From an uncultured Clostridia bacterium (GTDB taxonomy: Bacteria > Bacillota > Clostridia > Christensenellales > UBA1242), in the NCBI GenBank assembly GCA_930971385.1, contig CAKNGB010000001.1, positions 263,683-327,682 of the forward strand: a stretch of 64,000 nucleotides of DNA. Direction: 5' to 3'. Below are positions 1-8,100 of this stretch, one piece after another. Every line of letters starts with the position of its first letter. Positions within the stretch are counted from its first letter, which is position 1. The notes beneath the pieces were generated by a model, which was given only the letters and a program-made list of their open reading frames with translations, was not told the DNA's origin and made no database searches. A program made the translations under genes and the position numbers.

Positions 1-737
1 ATAAACAAATGGCAATGGGCGCTGGGTTTGAAAGGGTGTTCGAGTGTGGTCCAGTTTTCCGTGCAGAAAAGTCGCACACCAAAAAACACGCCACCGAATT
101 TACAGGTTTCGACCTTGAATTTTCCTTCATAAATTCCTTTGAAGATGTTATGAAATTGGAAGAGGAAATGCTTGCGTATATGCTGAAAAATTTGAAGGAA
201 AAGTTTGGCGAGAAAGTGAAAGAAGTATTCGGCGTGGATATTGTTGTTCCAACTCTTCCTTTTCCTGTTATGAAACTTAGCGAAGTTTATGACGAACTCG
301 AAAAACGCTATAACTTCAAAGTTCGCGACGAAGAAAAGGGCGATTTGACAACAGAGGCAGAAAGGCTTTGTGAGAATTTGGCGAAAGATAAGTTTAATCA
401 TGAATTTTTGTTCATCACAGATTACAGCGCTGAAAAAAGAGCCTTCTACCACATGAGAAAAAACGGCGTGCCACAAGGATATGACCTCATATGGAAGGGT
501 ATGGAGATAACCACTGGCGCACAGAGAGAACATCGCTATGAAATTTTGAAAAAGCAGGCAAAAGAAAAAGGGTTGGATAAGGATGTTGAGTTCTATCTTG
601 AATTCTTTAAATATGGTATGCCATCACATGGCGGTTTTGGACTTGGACTTGACAGAATGATTATGATCCTTCTCAATATTTCCTCAATTAAGGAAGGTAT
701 GTTCATCTTCCGTGGCCCAGACAGGTTGAACCCATAA
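1..737 (+). CDS. aspS: Aspartate--tRNA ligase, archaeal/eukaryal-type class IIb (C-terminal part; 5' end lies outside the window)
   Basis: The ORF runs off the left edge. It carries class II motifs FRAEKSHTKKHATEFTGFDLE and GGFGLGLDRMIMILL...FRGPDRLNP. Confidence 0.85.
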   Translation, partial: KQMAMGAGFERVFECGPVFRAEKSHTKKHATEFTGFDLEFSFINSFEDVMKLEEEMLAYMLKNLKEKFGEKVKEVFGVDIVVPTLPFPVMKLSEVYDELEKRYNFKVRDEEKGDLTTEAERLCENLAKDKFNHEFLFITDYSAEKRAFYHMRKNGVPQGYDLIWKGMEITTGAQREHRYEILKKQAKEKGLDKDVEFYLEFFKYGMPSHGGFGLGLDRMIMILLNISSIKEGMFIFRGPDRLNP

Positions 738-752
738 AAATAGGAGAAAAGT

Positions 753-2135
753 ATGAAAAAGTTAGATATTAAATTACTTCACGATGATGTTAAAAGTTAT
801 GTAGATAAAGAAGTTGTTGTTGCTGGTTGGGTAAAGAGTTGCCGTGGAAACGGCTCTTTCGGTTTCATCGACCTTAACGACGGCACAAGTTTCAAAGGCG
901 TGCAAATTGTTTTCAACAAAGATAAAATCAAAAATTTTGAGATTGTGGAAAAACTTAACACTGGCTCTGCAATTATGTGCACGGGAAGTGTGGTTTTAAC
1001 GCCTGAAAATAAGCAACCATTTGAAATTCAAGCAAACAGCGTCACAGTTATCAGTGCAACTGACAACGAATATCCTCTTCAAAAGAAGAAACACTCTTTG
1101 GAGTTTTTGCGTGAAATCGCCTATTTAAGACCACGCACAAATCTTTTTAACGCGGTTTTCAGAGTTAGAAGTGAACTTTCCTTCCTTTTGCATGAGTTTT
1201 TCAATAAGAAAGGTTTTGTTTATGTTCACACACCAATCATCACTTCATCTGATTGCGAGGGTGGAAGCGAACTTTTCCGTGTGACAACGCAGGATATTTA
1301 CGACAAGGAAAAGAAATTTGACCCTAAAGACGAACTTTTTGGAAAGAAAACCTATTTAACTCCAACGGGTCAATTAGAGGGCGAGGCTTGCGCGGCAGCG
1401 TTTGGAAAAATTTACACATTTGGACCAACTTTCCGCGCTGAAAACAGCAACACCACACGCCACTTAAACGAGTTTTGGCACTTAGAGCCAGAAGTTTCCT
1501 TTATGGATCTTAACGGACTTATGGACCTTGAAGAAGAGATGATGAAATATATCATTTCTGGCATAATCAAAAAATGCCCAGACGAAATGGCATTCTTCAA
1601 CAATTTTATTGATAAAGGCTTGATGGATAGGCTCAATAATGTTATACACAGCGATTTCGCTCATATAACCTACACTGAGGCGATTGAAATTTTGAAGAAA
1701 AACAACAACAATTTCGCTTATAAAGTGGAATGGGGATGCGACATTCAAACTGAACATGAAAGATATTTAAGTGAGGTTATCTTCAAAAAACCTGTATTTG
1801 TGACAGACTATCCAAAAGACATCAAGGCTTTCTATATGAAAATCAACGACGACGGAAAAACCGTGCGCGGTTGCGACTTGCTTTTCCCAGGCATCGGCGA
1901 GGTAACAGGCGGAAGTGAAAGAGAAACTGACTATAATAAACTTAAAAAGATTATGGATGAAAAGAACTTGAAAGAGGAAGATTATTGGTGGTATATGAAC
2001 CTTCGCAAATTCGGTTCTGTTGAACACAGCGGTTTCGGCTTGGGCTTTGAAAGAATTTTGATGTATATCACAGGAATTTCCAACATCCGCGATGTGATTC
2101 TTTTCCCAAGAACACCAAACAACTGCGAGTATTAA
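753..2135 (+). CDS. asnS: Asparagine--tRNA ligase
   Basis: 460 aa with an N-terminal OB region. Motifs are FRAENSNTTRHLNEFWHLEPE and GFGLGFERILMYITG...LFPRTP. An AGGAG RBS lies 6 nt upstream. Confidence 0.93.
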   Translation: MKKLDIKLLHDDVKSYVDKEVVVAGWVKSCRGNGSFGFIDLNDGTSFKGVQIVFNKDKIKNFEIVEKLNTGSAIMCTGSVVLTPENKQPFEIQANSVTVISATDNEYPLQKKKHSLEFLREIAYLRPRTNLFNAVFRVRSELSFLLHEFFNKKGFVYVHTPIITSSDCEGGSELFRVTTQDIYDKEKKFDPKDELFGKKTYLTPTGQLEGEACAAAFGKIYTFGPTFRAENSNTTRHLNEFWHLEPEVSFMDLNGLMDLEEEMMKYIISGIIKKCPDEMAFFNNFIDKGLMDRLNNVIHSDFAHITYTEAIEILKKNNNNFAYKVEWGCDIQTEHERYLSEVIFKKPVFVTDYPKDIKAFYMKINDDGKTVRGCDLLFPGIGEVTGGSERETDYNKLKKIMDEKNLKEEDYWWYMNLRKFGSVEHSGFGLGFERILMYITGISNIRDVILFPRTPNNCEY

Positions 2136-2237
2136 TTTTAGATAAAAAATAAAAAAGTTAAAAAACTTATAAAAATCTATCAATTTTTCATAAAAAAATC
2201 AAAAAAATGAGCTTTTTAATAAATTTTTAATTAAAAC

Positions 2238-2271
2238 AAAAAAATAAAGCCAAATTTACGGCTTTATTTTT
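2238..2271. terminator. Bidirectional intrinsic terminator between asnS (+) and the 198-aa ORF (-)
   Basis: Hairpin TAAAGCC-N8-GGCTTTA is flanked by an A-run on the left and a T-run on the right. Confidence 0.7.
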
Positions 2272-2276
2272 AATTT

Positions 2277-2873
2277 TTAGCAATCTCTTAATTTTGAAAG
2301 GCCTGCTTTTTTCTTTGTAGTTAAGTTTAATATTACTTTTCCAAGATTGTTGTCGTAGCATTTATTTACATAGTTGATATAACTTTCCTTATCCTCTTTT
2401 GGAAGGTTTGCACAGATTTTTTGGGTGTAGTTTGAATTTATGGCGTTGACAGTCTTTTTAAATTCAACATTTGGCAAATTTTTGTTAACTTCTCTAATGT
2501 ATTCATTCACGGTGTAGATAACATCTTCAACTTTAAATCCGTAAGGCTGGTCGTCAACAAAAACAAGTTTGGTTTGATATGAAGTGTCGTCAAACTGGAA
2601 GGCAAGGCAAAATAGGAATGTGCGGGCGTATCCATGTTTTGTGGTGTAGGCGCTGTAAAATCTAATATACGAATTTTCCTTTTCGTTTGCGTGGATTGCC
2701 TTTTCTTGCACATCGATTTTATCCATAGCCTCTTTGCCAAATTTTTTAACAATGCTAGATAAAGAGATGTTGAATTGGTCGTGAGGCAATAATTCCTGCT
2801 TTTTTATTATTTTTAGCGCAATTTTTTCCATAAAATTTTCAATCACGTTTTGGTCAATATCTTCAATAAACAT
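2277..2873 (-). CDS. Hypothetical protein (198 aa), no recognisable motif
   Basis: Clean ORF with an AGGAG RBS (reverse complement of ctcctaag at 2882-2889). The terminator sits directly downstream. Confidence 0.6.
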   Translation of the reverse strand: MFIEDIDQNVIENFMEKIALKIIKKQELLPHDQFNISLSSIVKKFGKEAMDKIDVQEKAIHANEKENSYIRFYSAYTTKHGYARTFLFCLAFQFDDTSYQTKLVFVDDQPYGFKVEDVIYTVNEYIREVNKNLPNVEFKKTVNAINSNYTQKICANLPKEDKESYINYVNKCYDNNLGKVILNLTTKKKAGLSKLRDC

Positions 2874-3004
2874 TTCTTTCTCCTAAGTTTCCTTAGTTTA
2901 GCACAAAACATTTCCGCTGTCAAGGTCAACTTATACATAAGTTTTATAAAATTGCTTTGATCTGAATAATTTTATGAATAATTTATAAAATTTGGTAAAA
3001 ATTG

Positions 3005-3033
3005 TTGACATTTAATGTTTGATTGATTATAAT
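3005..3033 (+). promoter_or_regulatory. Sigma-A type promoter for tRNA-Leu
   Basis: TTGACA (3005-3010), 17-nt spacer, TATAAT (3028-3033). Confidence 0.75.
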
Positions 3034-3049
3034 AATAAGGTCGAAATAA

Positions 3050-3131
3050 GCGGGCGTGGCGGAACGGCAGACGCGCATGTTTAAGGGGCATGTTCGAAAG
3101 AGTGTGGGTTCAAGTCCCACCGCCCGCACCA
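3050..3131 (+). tRNA. tRNA-Leu, type II (long variable arm), anticodon AAG as read; CCA encoded
   Basis: Acceptor GCGGGCG/CGCCCGC. Anticodon stem CATGT (3076-3080)/GCATG (3088-3092). Loop TTAAGGG gives U33, AAG at 3083-3085 and G37. The variable arm is 11 nt and the T-arm is GTGGG-TTCAAGT-CCCAC. Confidence 0.85.
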
Positions 3132-3140
3132 AATAAAAAT

Positions 3141-3169
3141 AATCCGAACCTTTTGGCGAGGATTTTTTT
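3141..3169 (+). terminator. Intrinsic terminator after tRNA-Leu
   Basis: Imperfect hairpin AATCCGAACC-TTTT-GGCGAGGATT followed by a T-run. Confidence 0.6.
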
Positions 3170-3404
3170 GTTTTAATGAAAATTTTTTCACTTTTATAAG
3201 AAAATTGTGCGGAAAGTTCTAAATGTGCTTAATTGTGAATATGTTTTTACAAGAAGTAAAATCTAGGCTGGATGATAAAAGTTGCTTTCTAAAAACTAAC
3301 ACTTTTGCAACAATTCGACAAAAGAAAACAAACTGTGCTATTTTTCGGATAAAATTTTCTAGTTAAAATTGCTTCAAAAATTGTATTATAAAAGTGAGGT
3401 TGGT

Positions 3405-4169
3405 ATGCATTTCTGCGTTATCAAATCAAGAACCATTAAAATTTGTTTAATCATGATTGTGGTAGCGGTCTTATTGTCTGTTTCCATTAATGGTGCAACA
3501 AGCGCACAAGTTTTCTTTGGCTATGCACCACGCAAAGTGCCAATATATAATGTTGACACATCCGAAAAGCAGGTGGCAATTTCCTTCGATGCAGCGTGGG
3601 GTGCTGATAAAACGGAAGAAATTTTAAGCGTTTTGGATGAGTTTAATGTGACTGCAACATTTTTTCTTGTTGGCTTTTGGGTGGATGACTATCCTGAAAT
3701 GGTCAAGGCTATTGATGAAGCGGGCTGTGAGATTGGCACACACTCAAACACTCATCCAGACATGGCAAAGTTAAGTGCAAGTGAAATCAAAGAAGAACTT
3801 TCCACTTCCATTGAAAAGATAGAGGAGGTGACTGGCAAGGAGGTGACCTTGTTCCGTGCACCATTTGGCTCGTATAACAACACGCTTTTAGATACTGCCG
3901 AGGAACTCAATCTTAAAACAATTCAGTGGGATGTTGACACTTTGGACTGGAAAGGACTTTCTGGCAGTGAGATGAACAACAGAGTTTTAAGCAAAGTTAA
4001 AAATGGTTCAATCATTTTGATGCACAACAATTCCGACAACATCATCGAAGGACTAAGACTTATTTTAATTTCACTTCAAAATATGGGCTATAAGATTGGT
4101 TCGGTTTCCGACCTTGTGATTGCCGACAACTACACAATCGACAGAAATGGCGTGCAACACGCAAATTAA
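3405..4169 (+). CDS. Polysaccharide deacetylase (NodB homology domain), PdaB-like sporulation type with N-terminal membrane anchor
   Basis: Motifs FDAAWG, TFFLVG, GTHSNTHPDM and LFRAPFGSYN. The ATG at 3405 follows a GTGAGG RBS. The TTG at 3369 in the ORF track is probably an over-extension. Confidence 0.85.
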   Translation: MHFCVIKSRTIKICLIMIVVAVLLSVSINGATSAQVFFGYAPRKVPIYNVDTSEKQVAISFDAAWGADKTEEILSVLDEFNVTATFFLVGFWVDDYPEMVKAIDEAGCEIGTHSNTHPDMAKLSASEIKEELSTSIEKIEEVTGKEVTLFRAPFGSYNNTLLDTAEELNLKTIQWDVDTLDWKGLSGSEMNNRVLSKVKNGSIILMHNNSDNIIEGLRLILISLQNMGYKIGSVSDLVIADNYTIDRNGVQHAN

Positions 4170-4181
4170 AGGAGAAATCAA

Positions 4182-4841
4182 ATGGATTACGATTTATTAA
4201 AAGAAAACAACACGGCAAAAATTGCGGGAACAATTTGTGAAGAGCCAGTTGTTTCCCACCAAATCGACGGTGAAAACTTTTTGGATTTTGCTGTTCGAGT
4301 TCAAAGGCTTTCCAAGGCGGAGGATATCATTCCAGTCACGATAAGCGAACGCGCGATAGGAGAGGAAATTAAACTTGGCGACAGAGTGATTTTAACTGGA
4401 CAATATCGAAGCCACAACAAAAACATTAACGACAAAAACAGGCTTATACTTCACTTCTTTGCAAAAGATGTGGAAAAGGACGAAAAAGGCGAAGAGGTTA
4501 ACTATGTTAAACTTGTTGGCTTTATTTGCAAGAAACCAGTTTATCGCACCACACCTTTCAACCGCGAAATCTGCGATGTTTTGCTTGCAGTGAACAGAAC
4601 AAATTATCATCGCTCTGACTATATTCCATGCATTTTGTGGGGTAGAAATGCTAGATTTGTTTCCACCCTTCCAGTTGGTTCGAAACTTGAACTTGAGGGA
4701 AGAATTCAATCTAGAAAATACACCAAACAAAACGAAGAGGGGAAAACTGAAGAGCGAACAGCGTATGAAGTTTCCTGTGGCAGAGTGGCAATTCTTTCCA
4801 ACGACCTTGTTAAGAAAGAAGCAGAAAATGAAATTATGTAA
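4182..4841 (+). CDS. SSB-like protein with two tandem OB-fold halves
   Basis: 219 aa. Both halves end in SSB-like strings (LTGQYRSHNK...; LELEGRIQSRKYTKQNEEGKTEERTAYEVS). RBS is AAAGGAG. Confidence 0.6.
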   Translation: MDYDLLKENNTAKIAGTICEEPVVSHQIDGENFLDFAVRVQRLSKAEDIIPVTISERAIGEEIKLGDRVILTGQYRSHNKNINDKNRLILHFFAKDVEKDEKGEEVNYVKLVGFICKKPVYRTTPFNREICDVLLAVNRTNYHRSDYIPCILWGRNARFVSTLPVGSKLELEGRIQSRKYTKQNEEGKTEERTAYEVSCGRVAILSNDLVKKEAENEIM

Positions 4842-4980
4842 AAAGATTTATATGTAATTTAAAATCAAAAAATATTTTAAAGGTAAAAAATATCTAAATT
4901 TCATTAAAATCTTTGAAAAAAAGCGAAAAAAAGTGCATTTTTATTAAAATTTCTATCTATTTTTCATAAAAACAAATTTA

Positions 4981-5008
4981 GAGCGCAAATTTTGCGTTCT
5001 TTTTTTTG
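4981..5008 (+). terminator. Intrinsic terminator
   Basis: GAGCGCAA/TTGCGTTC stem (one G-U pair) followed by T8. Confidence 0.75.
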
Positions 5009-5053
5009 TTATGGTAAATTATAAAAAAATTTTTAAAATATTTTTGATAAAAT

Positions 5054-5083
5054 TTGACAATTTTCTATATAATTAGGTAAAAT
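5054..5083 (+). promoter_or_regulatory. Candidate sigma-A promoter of the large surface protein gene
   Basis: TTGACA (5054-5059), 18-nt spacer, TAAAAT (5078-5083). An overlapping alternative is TTGATA/TATAAT. Confidence 0.5.
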
Positions 5084-5119
5084 ATAAATATGAAAAGGTG
5101 AGGTTATTCTAAAAAGTTT

Positions 5120-8100
5120 ATGACGGCTGTGTGCTTGATGTTCGCAGCAATTTTATCTTTATGCTCAATTAATGTGTTAAATTACACAAACCTTAACACA
5201 ACAAACATTGAAGAGGTTGCAGATGACGCTTTAAACGGCGATTCGTCATTCAACGAGAATTTAGGTGAGGAAGAAAACGCAGAAACCTCTGACGACACAA
5301 GCGAAGAAGTTTCGCAAGGCAACGAAAATGAAACAAACAGCGATGACGGCACAACTCCTCCAGGAAATGACACTGAAAACACAACCGACACAAGCGAAGA
5401 GGATGACCTTGATGATGTTGCCACAGCGGCAACAGAAATTTCGACGGCAAGTCAGCTTCGAAGTATGGGATCAACTGGATATTATGAATTAACAGCCAAT
5501 ATAACTTTGACAGGGTCATGGAAGCCAATAGATTTTTCAGGAACTTTCAATGGTAATGGATACACAATTAGCGGAATAAGTGTTTCTTCTCCTTCTGGTG
5601 ATTATGCAGGTTTTTTTGCTCAAAACTCAGGCACAGTGTCGAATGTGATTTTATCTGGGTCTGTCACTGCTTCTTGTTATTATGTTGGTGGTGTTTGTGG
5701 ATATAATGCTGGAACTATTTATAATGTTTGGAATCAAATTGATGTGACAAATACATATGAGCCTTGGTGGTCTTATGATGTTTGCGAAGCAGGTGGAATT
5801 GCAGGTAATAATGGTGGTTCAATTTATGACTGCATGAATTTTGGTTATATAGAAGCAAATCCATATTTAGATAGATCAATGGCTGGTGGTATCGTTGGAC
5901 ATTCGTCATCTGTTTCAAGTTGTATTAATTTTGGTGGAGTTAACGGCTATTACGCTGGTGGTATTGTTGGTTATTATTATGATTATGGGAATGTAAGTAA
6001 TTGTGTTAATTATGGTAGTGTTAGTGGTGATGTGGCTGGCGGTATTGCTGGTTTTTTTGGTAAAGCGACATGGCCTTTAAATACACCAGAGGGAAATATT
6101 TCAAATTGTGCAACAAGCGGTGTGATTTGTGGCGAAGCAGACACTAACATAACAAATTGCTGGTATACTGGCAGTTCTCCTTGTTATGAGGCGCATGACT
6201 CAAAAATCACTGGTGGTGGAAAGGCTTCAAGTATTTCATCTGCCGTAAGCAATGCTACATATGGCTTTACATATCTAGGAAGTGCGTATGTCAGTTATTT
6301 TGTTAAATATATAGGTATTTGGGTTGCTGTTGAAAATGAAAATGGTAGATATACAACTGTTTCAAACAATTCAAATCAATATAGGGTCGGTTATCGTGCT
6401 GGGATAAGTTATAATAATGGTAGTTCATATTATATGCTTGCTTCAAGTTATCCAGCTACAATCATTTCAAGCATAATTAATAATAGTAATGGTGCATATG
6501 AATATGCTGGAATCTATGATTCATTAAACGGAGGGACTTTGCTTTCTGCTGGCGAATCTAGTTATAGAGAGTTGTATAACGAAGCACCAAGTGCCATTTA
6601 TGTGCGGTTTGATTTGAATCCGACGGAGATTACTGCTAATGTTTATTATTCCACAAGTTTTTCTTCGAATGGAACTTTTCCAAGTAATGCTTATTCAGGA
6701 ACGGCTGGAGGAGAGGCAACAATAAGCACGGAATCTTCAAATCAAACTTTGAATATTAACCCAAGTGCAACCATTGAAACGGAAAAAGGCGACACGATAA
6801 CTTTCACAATGTCTGCACGTTCTGGTTATGAACTTGTTGGATTGTTTATGGTGTCTATAGATGACAGTGGTAGGATTACTGGCAGAACTAATATTCTGGC
6901 TGGAAACTCTTCTAATGTTAGTGTGGATTATAATGGAAGTTTATCTGAAATAACATATAGTTTTGAAAACACCAATATCACAAGCGGTGGAGAAATGGTG
7001 GGAAATTACCACATTGTGTTTGCTCGCTATCAAACCTATTTCACAATCTCAGAATCTTACACAACCGATAGAGAAGAATTTGTGGAGGAGTTTGGTGCAA
7101 CTGTTAGCAAAACAACATATGTGACATATGGCTACCAATCTCGCTCGCTTCACTATGAAGTTGATAGGCGAACTTATGCAGGTTTCTATATTAATGACTT
7201 ACGAACTGACACAATAACATTAAGTGCTGGCTCTTCTTCAAACCCATTCTTTGCTGGCAACAGGGCGTGGTATGTGGCAAATTGTGGAACATCATTTTAT
7301 TGGGGTGGCGAAGAGGAATTCAGTTTTAATAATATTTCAAATCTTCCAAATGGAATAACGGCATACGATTCTTCCAATCCATATTTTGAAGTGGATTTAT
7401 GGTCATATTACTATGGTGGTGACATGAGTTTCAGTTTAAAGGAATACTCCGTTAACCTTGACGAAAAGCGCGGTGGCGAAACAAGAATTTATGATTTGTA
7501 TATTGTTGATGGATATGAGGATATTCAAACTGGCGAATATACTTATGGCGAGTTGGGCGGAACAACCAATATCAGAAGAAACGGCAGAAATCTTAGCAAA
7601 ATAGATATTTATCTTGATAATGGCGTTTTGTCTGACGCTGGAACCAATGCCAAGGCATACGCTTTCACCAATTTTATAATCGACTATTACTATGAATTTG
7701 TTTATGACAGCCGTTCGCCATTTGATAGTCACTTCTATGACGAAAACTATGGTGACGACTATTTAGAGAGGGCGGAAAAAGTCAGCGACACTGCAATTTC
7801 AGCTTTCACTGAGGCAACAAACGCAACGATAAGCAAAACAGTTAATTATGGATTTAATGATGCATATGGCTATGATTATCGTTTTGCTGATGACCACGCA
7901 TCAGACAGTGGCTATGATTTAAGCCAAAACTCTGTGCTTGAACTTATTGACTTGTTCTCGGAGTCAGAAAGCAGTGTGGCGCAAGAAAATATTGAAAACT
8001 TCAACATTGTGCTATTCTCTAAATTCGCCATAAATAGTTATAATTTAACAGTGCAGTTAGATAGTGCTTATTCGGCGTATTCTGGAAGCGATTCTCCATT

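Noticed and set aside
3076-3092. Alternative reading of the tRNA-Leu anticodon as TAA, using loop TTTAAGG.
   Set aside because: Shifting the loop by one nucleotide destroys the 5-bp anticodon stem (GCATG against GGCAT does not pair). Only CATGT/GCATG with loop TTAAGGG is consistent, which gives AAG. It still needs confirmation by a covariance model.
5182-5528. Several 75-92-aa ORFs in alternative frames over the acidic linker of the large surface protein.
   Set aside because: They are all nested inside the 1372-aa ORF in a compositionally biased (GA-rich) segment, which is typical of shadow frames.
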